A stretch of DNA of 64,000 bases from Verrucomicrobiota bacterium (GTDB lineage: Bacteria > Verrucomicrobiota > Verrucomicrobiia > Opitutales > Coraliomargaritaceae), in the NCBI GenBank assembly GCA_039815375.1, contig JBCBZJ010000003.1, positions 96,001 to 160,000 of the forward strand, given 5' to 3'. A program made the translations under genes and the position numbers. Below are positions 35,205 to 44,468 of the stretch, in pieces. The notes under the pieces are model-generated. The model did not search any database. It was not told the DNA's origin and saw only the letters and a list, made by a program, of their open reading frames with translations. Each line of letters opens with the position of its first letter. Position 1 is the stretch's first letter.

Positions 35205-37244
35205 GCCGGCTTTTTGGGCCTCGACAGAGGCACCAAGCACGTCGCGAATGGTTAGGATGCCGGTAAGTGTGTCCGTTTGATCAACAACAAGAAGCTTGTT
35301 GCTGCCGCTGCGGATCACTGTTTCCAGGCAGATCTGTATGTCCGTATCCGGTCGGACCACCGGGATTGCCTCGAGCTCCATATTGGTGACGGTGACGCCT
35401 TCCTGAAGACCTTTGGTTTGAACATAGTCGTAGAAGTGCTCCCTCGAAAGGACGCCGACGGTCTTCCCCTCTTCATCGGCGACGGGATAGTAGCTGTGTC
35501 GGTGCTGATTCAGGTATTGCAGGGTATCTGCGATGGAGTCTTTGGTGCTGAGTTGGTCGATCTGGACCGTCATGAGTGCTCTCGCCGGCTGCGTCAGAAT
35601 ATGCGGTGGCAGGGTCGCCTTTATCTGGTTGATTTCGTCGGCCGAACAATACTGCTTGGCCGAGCGTTGAAGCAGACGGCGCATTGATGTGCTATTCTCA
35701 AGAATAGCTTTGAATTCCTCGCTGCCGAGGCCGATCAGTTTGGTGTCATCCAGTGCAATCGCGGTAAAACGCCAGCGCTGGTCTGTCAGTAGGGCGCGTT
35801 CTCCGAAGAACTCGCCGGGGCCAACTTCTTTGATAAGTTGTTCGTTCTCATCGATGATCTTAATACGACCTTCTTTCACGACATAAAAAGAAAAGGCAGG
35901 CTCGTCTCTACGGAAAAGAACGTCGCCCGCCTGTAAGTGAGCCGATTGAATCGGTCGCGTGTAGCGTGGGCTGAGCAGATTGATGTCGCGGGGGAAGAAG
36001 AGATCGAGTGTCCAATCGATCATGACTCGCAGCTTTCGGTCGAGACCAGGGAGTTTGCTCAGGTAAATCGTGCGCCACATCCACCAAGCAATAAAGCCTG
36101 AGAATTTAAGCCCGAATACTTCGGCTACCGCAGTATGGTGACCGATCGCAGCCAGCTCTCCAAGCCCGGTAAAGGTAAAGGGTTTGACCTCCTCAGCACG
36201 AAGAAAGCCGTTGATGTTTTTGCCGAGAAGGGCTCCCTGGCGCATGGCAAACTGCGCGGTCGATGGACAGCTCTCTCCATTCGGCATGGGTACCGCAGCG
36301 CAATCGCCGGCGGCCCAGAGCCAATCATAACCGGGCACCTGCATCGTATTCTTTGTCTTGATTCGACCGTGCTCGCTTTCGAGCTTTGCATCCTTGATCA
36401 GTTGGCTGACCAACGGGTGTGTTGTGTTACCTACCGTCGATATTACCGTATTTGTTTCGATGTAGGTTCCGTCATCGAGCTCGACTTGGTTCGCGGTCAC
36501 GGCTTTGACACGTCGTTCGAGGCAGAGCTTCAAACCCCGTTTACGCAACTGCTTTTGGGCATATCTCCCGAGCGAGATACTAAGTGTCGGCAGCAAGTGA
36601 TCACGACTGTGAACAAGAAAGACGTCAAAGTCCATCGGATCGATGTTCTTGTAGTATTTATGAACGTCCTGAAAGAGATCTAGGATCTGGCCGGCGGTTT
36701 CGACTCCGGAATAGCCCCCGCCAACAACGACGAAGGTGAGCAAGCGGCGCCGTCGGTCTGTATCGGTAACGAGGTTGGCTTCCTCGAAGCGAGCGAGCAC
36801 AGCCGCGCGCAGCTTCATCGCATCACCGACATTCTGCATGAGGAATGAATGCTCCGACATCCCGGGCACGCGGCTCAAATCGATCGCAGCGCCAAGGGCG
36901 ACGACGAGATGTTTGAAGCGGATGATCACTTCTTGCGAGAACGGGCCCGGTCGAAGCGTCAGCATCTTCTTCTCGATGTCGATTTTCTCAACCGAAGATT
37001 TGTAGACATTCAATCCTCTGCAGAGGTGCCGCACAGGATTCACAACATGCCGTGGCGAGAGTGAACCACTCACCACTTCGGGCAGCATAGGTTGAAAGAC
37101 CATGTAGTTCTGATCGGAGACGAGGCCGATTGGCATGCGCGACCCACGGGTCAGCGTCTTCATCAGGCTTTTCCCGCAGTAAATTCCGGCAAAGCCACCG
37201 CCGAGGATAGCGACTTCGAGGTCGAGTCTCTTTTTCTTTTCCAT
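35199..37244 (-). CDS. Type II NADH dehydrogenase-like flavoprotein fused to cNMP-binding and CBS-pair domains
   Basis: ILGGGFAG, FQPMLPEV, VVGGGYSGVE.AG, AAGDCA and TAQFAMRQG (NDH-2); FYVVKEG...GEFFGERAL...R (cNMP); C-terminal CBS pair. Start taken at MEKKK. Confidence 0.87.
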   Translation of the reverse strand: MEKKKRLDLEVAILGGGFAGIYCGKSLMKTLTRGSRMPIGLVSDQNYMVFQPMLPEVVSGSLSPRHVVNPVRHLCRGLNVYKSSVEKIDIEKKMLTLRPGPFSQEVIIRFKHLVVALGAAIDLSRVPGMSEHSFLMQNVGDAMKLRAAVLARFEEANLVTDTDRRRRLLTFVVVGGGYSGVETAGQILDLFQDVHKYYKNIDPMDFDVFLVHSRDHLLPTLSISLGRYAQKQLRKRGLKLCLERRVKAVTANQVELDDGTYIETNTVISTVGNTTHPLVSQLIKDAKLESEHGRIKTKNTMQVPGYDWLWAAGDCAAVPMPNGESCPSTAQFAMRQGALLGKNINGFLRAEEVKPFTFTGLGELAAIGHHTAVAEVFGLKFSGFIAWWMWRTIYLSKLPGLDRKLRVMIDWTLDLFFPRDINLLSPRYTRPIQSAHLQAGDVLFRRDEPAFSFYVVKEGRIKIIDENEQLIKEVGPGEFFGERALLTDQRWRFTAIALDDTKLIGLGSEEFKAILENSTSMRRLLQRSAKQYCSADEINQIKATLPPHILTQPARALMTVQIDQLSTKDSIADTLQYLNQHRHSYYPVADEEGKTVGVLSREHFYDYVQTKGLQEGVTVTNMELEAIPVVRPDTDIQICLETVIRSGSNKLLVVDQTDTLTGILTIRDVLGASVEAQKAGL

Positions 37245-37297
37245 TTTGGAGTTGCTTGGGTAGTGGTAGTGGTTTCCGTCCGCTGCTCGTACTTGAA

Positions 37298-38752
37298 ATG
37301 AATCAGAAAAAAACAGTTCAAAGACCACAAGTAAAGGCCTTGGCCGCGCTGAAAAGAAAACTACCCGGACGAGTATTCACTGATGATGAGAGCTGTTTCC
37401 ATGCCTCTTTGGATAACCTGCGGCTTTCTTTCGCGCCCGACGCAGTTGTCCGGGTAAAATCGGCGTGCGATGTTGGCCCAGTGCTGAAGCTTGCGAATCT
37501 GCACGGAATTCCGGTCACTGCTCGCGGCGCAGGCTCCTCTGCGACGGGCTCTGCGGTTCCTCTGAAAGGTGGCTGGGCGCTGGATCTGTCTGGCCTGAAC
37601 TCGATTGAAATCGATCCTGTGGCAAGGATTGCAACTGTTGGAGCCGGTGCTGTGACGGCTGAGTTTCAGGAGCAGGCCGAGACTGTTGGGCTCTTCTTTC
37701 CCCCGGACCCCTCATCTAAGAAATACACGACTTTGGGCGGCAACATCGCCTGTAATGCCGGTGGTATGCGCTGTGTGAAATATGGAGTTACCCGCGACTA
37801 TGTGCTTGGTCTCCAGGGTTTTTTGGCAAACGGCAGCCCATTCAAATTTGGTTTGCCGCTGAAAAAATATGTTTCCGGCCTGAACCTGCGCGACCTGCTG
37901 ATCGGCTCTGAAGGCACACTGGGTATCGTTACCTCAGCCGCGATTAAGTTAATCCCCAAGCCGGAAAAACGCTGGACAGGTATGTTCGCTTTCAAGAGCG
38001 AAGCGGCTGCGCTCAAAGCCGTAGTCGCGCTCTTTAGAGAAGGTCACAACCCCTCGATTCTGGAATTCCTCGACCGCCAGTCGGTGGGCTGTTCGGAGAG
38101 ATACACGAGTCAGACTGTTTTTGAGGGGCACTCGCGATCTGCAATTCTCTTGATCGAGCTGGATGGAACACCCTCAGAGCTACGCAAGGCGCGTCGTGCG
38201 CTTCTGGATTTTATGGCTGGCCGAGTCGTGGCCTATCGTGAGGCGAAGACAGAGGCCGCTGCCGAGAAACTCTGGCAGGTGCGCCGGACTTGCTCGCAGT
38301 CGATGTTCTCCCTGGCCGATACAAAGTTGAACGAGGACGTGGTCGTCCCACTTGAGAAGCAGGCTGAGCTTATTCGCTATACGCTCCAGCTTAAGAAAGA
38401 GATTGGTCTCGCGACGCCAACCTTCGGCCACGCGGGCGACGGCAATCTTCATGTGCACATCATGTATAACCGTGGCTCAAAGGCCGACGCAAAGAAGGCC
38501 AAGGCGGGGATCAAAAAGCTCATGCAGAAAGTGGTCGACCTCGGTGGTGTGATCACGGGGGAACATGGCATCGGTCTTGCGAAGATACCATTCATGCCGA
38601 TGCAGCACACGAAGTTGGAGATCGAGGCCATGCGCTCTGTGAAGGCAGCACTTGATCCGAAGGGGATTCTCAATCCCGGCAAGATTTTCGAGCCTTTCGA
38701 AGTTTGGGAGCACGAACCTGTTGACGTCCGCCTTCCCTGGGATCACCATTAG
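37298..38752 (+). CDS. FAD-linked oxidase, GlcD / D-lactate dehydrogenase family
   Basis: RGAGSS, FPPDPSS, GGNIACNAGG, KYGVTRD, GSEGTLG, GHAGDGNLH, GEHGIG and LDPKGILNPGK motifs. Confidence 0.92.
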   Translation: MNQKKTVQRPQVKALAALKRKLPGRVFTDDESCFHASLDNLRLSFAPDAVVRVKSACDVGPVLKLANLHGIPVTARGAGSSATGSAVPLKGGWALDLSGLNSIEIDPVARIATVGAGAVTAEFQEQAETVGLFFPPDPSSKKYTTLGGNIACNAGGMRCVKYGVTRDYVLGLQGFLANGSPFKFGLPLKKYVSGLNLRDLLIGSEGTLGIVTSAAIKLIPKPEKRWTGMFAFKSEAAALKAVVALFREGHNPSILEFLDRQSVGCSERYTSQTVFEGHSRSAILLIELDGTPSELRKARRALLDFMAGRVVAYREAKTEAAAEKLWQVRRTCSQSMFSLADTKLNEDVVVPLEKQAELIRYTLQLKKEIGLATPTFGHAGDGNLHVHIMYNRGSKADAKKAKAGIKKLMQKVVDLGGVITGEHGIGLAKIPFMPMQHTKLEIEAMRSVKAALDPKGILNPGKIFEPFEVWEHEPVDVRLPWDHH

Positions 38753-38755
38753 TTC

Positions 38756-39067
38756 ATGAGCGAAGTTTTGATTGGTTGGACCACTTGCGACAATCCTGAT
38801 GTTGCGGAGCGTTTGGCACACGAGCTCGTCGAGCGCGATCTTGCTGCCTGTGTGCAGATCGAAGACGGCGTTCGTTCTGTCTTCAAATGGAAGGGAGAAA
38901 TCCAGAGTGACCTAGAGTGCCGTCTATGTGTGAAGTTTGACGCTGAAAAAATCGACACAGTAGGGAGCTTTATCAAGGCGCACCACCCCTACGATAATCC
39001 GGAGTGGGTCGTGACTCGGGCGGATGTTGTTTCCGAGAGATATCAAGCTTGGGTTACCGGACGTTAG
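38756..39067 (+). CDS. cutA: Divalent-cation tolerance protein CutA
   Basis: LAACVQI...SVFKWKGEI...HHPYDNPE. Confidence 0.93.
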   Translation: MSEVLIGWTTCDNPDVAERLAHELVERDLAACVQIEDGVRSVFKWKGEIQSDLECRLCVKFDAEKIDTVGSFIKAHHPYDNPEWVVTRADVVSERYQAWVTGR

Positions 39068-39082
39068 CTCGACTGTCTGCGA

Positions 39083-39352
39083 TCAGAAGTTCGTCTGGAT
39101 CGACCAGCGGAAGAATCTGGAGTCACCGGATATTGTTTGTTCGATATCGATTTGATTGCCATCGCCAGCAACGGGTTCCTCTTGCACCGGATCCCATTCT
39201 ATAAAGTCAGAGCTCTCGAAGAGTTGGTATGTGAATTCGGAAGCGGTTTTTACGGAAAGCGTAAGCTCTTCTGAGCGCGCGTCGTAGCCAATCGTTGGCT
39301 CTGCGACTGAAGCAGGGTAGAGCTCCGCTAGATTGATGGCTTTAGACTTGTT
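39083..39352 (-). pseudogene. Start-less remnant encoding a Verrucomicrobia-type C-terminal beta-rich domain
   Basis: Open frame ...LTLSVKTASEFTYQLFESSDFIEWDPVQEEPVAGDGNQIDIEQTISGDSRFFRWSIQTNF*, bounded upstream by an in-frame TAA with no start codon. Confidence 0.55.
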
Positions 39353-39381
39353 TTAGGGTAGTTCAATTATGGTTGGTTCTC

Positions 39382-40632
39382 TCAAGATCGTTTCAAACGC
39401 ACTGTAAGTTGTGGCTGGTTAATTAAGTTTATCCGTGCCGGGATCTTCCATGGTGCTAGTTTGCCGCGGCAGTGGTTACGGATCGCGCGTTTCCAATTGC
39501 GTAGGTCTTTTTCCGTTGAGCTGGCGATCTCGCAGGCGACGCGCTGACCGGTGATGGAGTCGCTTTCGCCATAGACGTAGCAGGCTTCGATGCCTTCGAT
39601 CTGATTGAGCACTGCTTCGACCTCGGAGGGATGCACCTTTTGGCCACCTACGTTGATCGTTTCGCTGTGGCGACCGATGATACGGAGGGTCCCGTTCGGG
39701 CCTTCCTCGACAAGGTCACCTGTGCGATACCATCCGTCGACTTCGAGTGAGGACTCGTCAGCGTTAAGGTAGCCAATGATGCGCGACGGTGTCTTGAGCC
39801 AGAGTTCATTTTCAATGACTTTCCATTCCGTATCCAAATCCTTGATACGAAAGAAAAGGCTATCTTTGCTGCTGCTCTGGATGCGCACAGCACCCGTTTC
39901 GCTGGTCCCGAACTTTTGCTGGAGATCGGCTTGAGGAAAAGCTTGTCCGAGGCGCTTGAGCAAGGCTTGCGGCATGGCCTCGGCTCCGTAGGCGATGATT
40001 TCGACGGAGCTGCAATCGTATTTTTCAGTTATGCCGTTCATCAGCACAAGGTTAAGAAAGGTGGGTGAAGCGGGGAGGATGTTGACCCCGTATGCTTCGA
40101 TGGCTTGCGCAGCGGCGTCGGGGTTTCGGTCTTCCGGGATGATCAAGGTGGAGCCGGAGCAGAGACAGCGGAAAGCGGCATCGAGCCCTCCGATGTGGTC
40201 GAGGAGTAGGAGCTGGAGTGTGCGGTCCTCGCGTGGAGTGACTTGCTTGAAACGGTTGAGCAGAGCAGGCAGGCTATGGAGCATGCCTTTTGGTTCACCA
40301 CTGGTGCCGCTGCTGAAAAGGATGAGGCCGCTTTCTTCCAGCTTCTTGTAAAGTGGCGAGTTTGCTACAAGCTCAAGCATATGGCTTCGCTCGGCCTCCG
40401 GTAGGGAGGGCGGAAGTGGAAGTGCGATGTATTCCGTGCCTGCAATGGCTATCAGCTGGGCGAGGCCTTCGACCGTGCTGGTCGTTTGTATTAAGGCAAC
40501 GCGGCTCTGGCCGAGACCGGATCCAGCTATTTCAATAAGGGAGAGAAACTCATGATAACTCCAGAACTTGCCCGACTCCACAAAGGCTGTCTTTGGTCCG
40601 AAGCTTTCCAGTTTATTTCGTAGCCAATTCAC
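39382..40632 (-). CDS. AMP-binding (ANL superfamily) acyl-ACP/CoA ligase
   Basis: LFSSGTSGEPKG, FGTSE, WYRTGD, INVGGQKVHP.EVE and WKIP motifs. Confidence 0.9.
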   Translation of the reverse strand: MNWLRNKLESFGPKTAFVESGKFWSYHEFLSLIEIAGSGLGQSRVALIQTTSTVEGLAQLIAIAGTEYIALPLPPSLPEAERSHMLELVANSPLYKKLEESGLILFSSGTSGEPKGMLHSLPALLNRFKQVTPREDRTLQLLLLDHIGGLDAAFRCLCSGSTLIIPEDRNPDAAAQAIEAYGVNILPASPTFLNLVLMNGITEKYDCSSVEIIAYGAEAMPQALLKRLGQAFPQADLQQKFGTSETGAVRIQSSSKDSLFFRIKDLDTEWKVIENELWLKTPSRIIGYLNADESSLEVDGWYRTGDLVEEGPNGTLRIIGRHSETINVGGQKVHPSEVEAVLNQIEGIEACYVYGESDSITGQRVACEIASSTEKDLRNWKRAIRNHCRGKLAPWKIPARINLINQPQLTVRLKRS

Positions 40633-40702
40633 CGATATATCCGGATGGGGAGTTTGGGAGAATCATTCCTCGGTGTTCTCGGTGCACGTTGCGGTTAAAA
40701 AA

Positions 40703-41398
40703 CTAAGTTACCCCGCCGAGGTAGAGGACCTGCCCTGTGATGAAGTTGCTCTCGGGACGGAGGTAAAAGTCGACTGCATTGATTACATCGTGAACTTCAC
40801 CCATGCGTTGGATGGCCTGACGCTGAATGAGTGCGTTCATCTTCTCCTCAGGCACGCCGCGGATGAGATCGGTATCAATGGGAGTCGGGCCGATAGCATT
40901 AACGGTAGTCCCGAGATCGGCGAGCTCGCGGGCGAGAATTCGGGTCAGGCTTTCGACTGCGGCTTTGCTTGCGGCGTAGATAGCTTCCCCCTCGAGATTA
41001 AGTGGGTGGGCAACGGTGGTGAAGTTGACGATCCGGCCAGCTTTGCTGCTGCGCATAAGTTTGGCCATTTCACGGCAGAAGAGGAAGGTGCCGGTGACGT
41101 TTGTCGAGAGGATGCGATTCACGGTCTCGGCCGGCATGAGAAGTGCGTGGTTCATCGATGCGATGCCGGCGTTGTTGAGCAGTGCGTCGACACGCCCAAA
41201 ATCACCCTTGAGTGCCCGTGCCATCCCTACCACGCCGACTTCGTCACTTACGTCGAGTGAGAAGTGCCGGTAGTTTGCATGATTGATGCTCGACTCGCCG
41301 CGACTGCAGCCCGCGACCTGCCAGCCCTCCGCGAGATAGTGGTCAGCCAGCGACTTTCCGATGCCTTTGCGTGTCCCCGTGATAACGATAGTTTTCAC
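40703..41398 (-). CDS. SDR family oxidoreductase (3-oxoacyl-ACP reductase-like)
   Basis: ITGTRKGIG, NNAG, YAASK and ITGQVLYLGG motifs. Confidence 0.9.
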   Translation of the reverse strand: MKTIVITGTRKGIGKSLADHYLAEGWQVAGCSRGESSINHANYRHFSLDVSDEVGVVGMARALKGDFGRVDALLNNAGIASMNHALLMPAETVNRILSTNVTGTFLFCREMAKLMRSSKAGRIVNFTTVAHPLNLEGEAIYAASKAAVESLTRILARELADLGTTVNAIGPTPIDTDLIRGVPEEKMNALIQRQAIQRMGEVHDVINAVDFYLRPESNFITGQVLYLGGVT

Positions 41399-41691
41399 GA
41401 GGGCATCCTTTCGGCGATAGCTTCAGATAGGCTGGCAACGCAGCGAAAGGGAGATTTTTTTGCACTCATTGCCCTTTCGTCAGCCAAGGCAATGGATGCA
41501 CCGAACTTTTCGGAAACGGCCTCTTCGACGTCGGCGATAAGATTGACCAGAGCCATACTGTCGAGTGGGCCGCCTTCACCGTAGAGCAGGCTTTCTCTAT
41601 TTGGTTTCTTTAATACTTCGACCTCAAAGTCTTCCGCGAGCATACGGACGGATTCGATGACAAGGGCTTCGATCTCGGGGATGGCAGGCAT
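41395..41691 (-). CDS. Acyl carrier protein
   Basis: Acidic 98-aa protein with the LDSM phosphopantetheine attachment motif and SPF tail. Confidence 0.82.
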   Translation of the reverse strand: MPAIPEIEALVIESVRMLAEDFEVEVLKKPNRESLLYGEGGPLDSMALVNLIADVEEAVSEKFGASIALADERAMSAKKSPFRCVASLSEAIAERMPS

Positions 41692-42279
41692 TTATAACTT
41701 AGGCGGTTTGTTCGAGCCGATGAATTCCCCCCTGGTGGCTTCGCCTTGAGCAGAGATGTTTTCACGGCGGAATACGGTGCTAACTGTTAAACCGAGGATT
41801 TTCAGATCGAGCAAGAAGGAACGGTTCTCGACATACCAGAGGTCGAGCTCGAACTGACGTTCCCAGGTGAGGCCATTTCTGCCGTTGACCTGTGCCCAGC
41901 CCGTTATGCCGGGGCGCAGCTCATGACGGCGGGCTTGTTGAGTCGAGTAGCGGGGCAGGTAGCTCGTTGGCAATGGTCGCGGTCCGACGAGGCTCATTTC
42001 TCCACGGAGTACATTCCAGAGTTCCGGTAGCTCATCGATGCTGGTCGAACGGAGGAACTTTCCCCAATGACTCAGGCGTTCTGCATCGCTCCCGGAACCG
42101 GTTCGCATACTGCGGAATTTGATAATGTTGAATGCTTTCCCGCCCCTGCCCGCGCGTTCCTGCCGGAAGAAGATAGGTCTTCCGAGAATGCAGAGCTGAC
42201 AGATGCAAACAACGAGCAGAGGCAGCGTAAGCGCGAGCAGAAGTATTGCCGGGGCGCAGATGTCGAAAAGTCGCTTCAT
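41692..42279 (-). CDS. Monotopic phosphoglycosyl transferase (PglC-like sugar transferase)
   Basis: KRLFDI, FRQER.G, IKFRSM, SIDELPEL.NVLRGEMSLVGPRP and PGITGWAQVNGRN motifs. Confidence 0.93.
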   Translation of the reverse strand: MKRLFDICAPAILLLALTLPLLVVCICQLCILGRPIFFRQERAGRGGKAFNIIKFRSMRTGSGSDAERLSHWGKFLRSTSIDELPELWNVLRGEMSLVGPRPLPTSYLPRYSTQQARRHELRPGITGWAQVNGRNGLTWERQFELDLWYVENRSFLLDLKILGLTVSTVFRRENISAQGEATRGEFIGSNKPPKL

Positions 42280-42426
42280 GAAGTTGCAAAAAGTAATCCG
42301 TAAGCTAAAAGAATATCATTCGATTGCATTTACTCAAAACAAGCAATCAAACCTAGCTTTGACAGCACATTCGAGCTGTTTTAGCTTCCATTTCCTTACT
42401 ATTTTATAAAATCAGAAACAAAAGCT

Positions 42427-43599
42427 ATGATTCTCAACGCTAACGAACGGACATTCTCACCATTCAGCTTAATACGTCTCCTAACCACTTGTTTTGGATA
42501 TGGTAATGGGGAAAAAGTTTGCGTCTTGATCGACTTGCCCAATCCGGCAGACATCGAGGATTTCAAGTTTCTTGAGGACGAAACACTTTCCATTCAGAAC
42601 TATGGCCACGAGGTTTTCTACAAAGGTTTCAAGGCAGGTGTACTGGAAGACATGAATTGGACTGGCGGTGAAATCTTCGCTTATAAGGAAACCGGTGGCA
42701 GTAACCTCGACATGGAGGATGAGTGCTACGATCCGGACGGTAGGCTACTCAGTCTGGATAAAGATATCTATTCGACTTATGACATCATTCCTACGGTTTC
42801 GACATTCTCGGCGACAGCACCACTCACAGCAAAGTGCAAAGAGTTTGGCTTCCGAGGTGCGACACTGCATGGCCTCAATCAGATCATTTTGGATACAGGG
42901 CTTTCGGTTGATTATGATATCGTGTCCGAGGAGGCCGAAAAGTTACGCCTCGGGCTGACAAATGCGGATCGCTTTGAAATCGACTTTGAGGTCGAGAGCA
43001 AAGTCTACACGCTGAAGCTACACACGAACGGCCAGAAAGCCCAAAAGAGCCACGGTCTTTGCCCTCCCGGAAAGCCCGACGTCGCGAATCTTCCTGCAGG
43101 TGAGGTTTATTTTGTGCCGGAAGGTGGGGAAGGTGTTTTTCCTTTCAAATATGACGAGAGCACGATCGGTCTTTTGCACGTAGAAGGTGGTCGTATCGTG
43201 AAGTCTCAATTTGTCTACGGCGACTACAGCGAGATTGAAGACCACAATCGCCGCCTTAAGGAAGATCCGATGATAGGTGCCCTTGGCGAGCTCGGCTTCG
43301 GCACGCAGGTGCTTCCATTCTCTGGTCGCGATATCCAGGACGAAAAGATACTTGGCACCATCCATGTAGCGACAGGCCGAGATGATCATCTCGGTGGCAA
43401 TATTACTCCTGATCTCTTCAAGGAACACAAGAATGCCTCTCATGATGACGTTCTCTATGCACCTCACAAGACGCCCGAAATTCGCCTCAAGCAAGCTCGG
43501 ATGTTCCGGGGAGATCAAGTTGAAGTGCTGATAGAGAACTATAAGCCTTCGAAATACATGGTCGACCTTATCGAGGCCGAGCTTCCTCTCGAAGTCTGA
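42427..43599 (+). CDS. Peptidase M29-like (aminopeptidase T / NicX-fold) metalloprotein
   Basis: ANLPAGEVY..P, LGELGFG, DEKILGTIHVATG and HDD metal-ligand pattern. Confidence 0.7.
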   Translation: MILNANERTFSPFSLIRLLTTCFGYGNGEKVCVLIDLPNPADIEDFKFLEDETLSIQNYGHEVFYKGFKAGVLEDMNWTGGEIFAYKETGGSNLDMEDECYDPDGRLLSLDKDIYSTYDIIPTVSTFSATAPLTAKCKEFGFRGATLHGLNQIILDTGLSVDYDIVSEEAEKLRLGLTNADRFEIDFEVESKVYTLKLHTNGQKAQKSHGLCPPGKPDVANLPAGEVYFVPEGGEGVFPFKYDESTIGLLHVEGGRIVKSQFVYGDYSEIEDHNRRLKEDPMIGALGELGFGTQVLPFSGRDIQDEKILGTIHVATGRDDHLGGNITPDLFKEHKNASHDDVLYAPHKTPEIRLKQARMFRGDQVEVLIENYKPSKYMVDLIEAELPLEV

Positions 43600-43600
43600 G

Positions 43601-44347
43601 GTGCCGGAGAATCCCTACGAGTCGGACGAGCTGCTTCAACAGTATCTCGTATTCCATTACGCGACTGCGGAAAATCAGTTCCCTTACAGTTTTGGGGGAG
43701 CAGATGCTTTGGATTTTCCCAAGCGCTGTGCGCTGGAAGGTCCGGATTTTGATCGCTTAGTAACTTCAGCTCGCGCGTTGGACCTGGGTTGTGCGGTCGG
43801 GCGTTCCAGCTTCGAACTGGCGCGCGAATGTGCCGAGGTCATCGGCATAGATTACTCGCAGGCCTTCATTGATGCGGCAAACCGGATGAAGGCAAAGGGT
43901 TCGCACCCAGCCACCCGGTTGGACGAAGGCTCTGCGACAACCCAGCTCGATCTTCAGATCGACGGTTCAATTTACAGAAGCAGGGTCAGCTTTGAGCAAG
44001 GTGATGCGCAGGCTGTTCGCGAAGATATTGGACAATTCGATCTCGTAATCGCCTGTAACTTGATTTGTCGCCTGCCCGAGCCGATGCGCTTACTGGAACG
44101 ATTGCAAAACCTCGTCAAGTCCGGTGGCCAGCTCTTCATCACGACCCCTTTTACCTGGCTTGAGGAGTATACACCGTCTGAGAACTGGCTCGGGGACGGC
44201 GCTCAGGATTCATTCGCAGGTCTACGAAGAGCACTTGAGCCTGCCTTTACCTTGGACGCGCAGTGGAACATGCCTTTTCTCATTCGGGAGCACGCACGTA
44301 AGTTCCAGTATTCTATTGCTCAGGCGAGTCGCTGGGTGCGGGTTTGA
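43601..44347 (+). CDS. SAM methyltransferase resembling the OvoA C-terminal (mercaptohistidine N-methyltransferase) domain
   Basis: NPYESD..L.QYL.FHY, FPKRCA, RALDLGCAVGRSSFELAR, NLICRL..P, PFTWLEEYT and REHARKFQ motifs. Confidence 0.8.
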   Translation: MPENPYESDELLQQYLVFHYATAENQFPYSFGGADALDFPKRCALEGPDFDRLVTSARALDLGCAVGRSSFELARECAEVIGIDYSQAFIDAANRMKAKGSHPATRLDEGSATTQLDLQIDGSIYRSRVSFEQGDAQAVREDIGQFDLVIACNLICRLPEPMRLLERLQNLVKSGGQLFITTPFTWLEEYTPSENWLGDGAQDSFAGLRRALEPAFTLDAQWNMPFLIREHARKFQYSIAQASRWVRV

Positions 44348-44364
44348 TCCTAGGGAACGGGCTC

Positions 44365-44392
44365 TTGACATAGGTCTTTTGCGCTCTACGTT
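44365..44392 (+). promoter_or_regulatory. Putative sigma-70 promoter of the nusA operon
   Basis: TTGACA-N16-TACGTT, about 75 nt upstream of nusA. Confidence 0.55.
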
Positions 44393-44468
44393 CCCCCATC
44401 CACTTTAACACCATTCAATTTATTGAAGCGGGCTTCTGGCGCGCTTTTTTCATTTCTACAGATCTACT

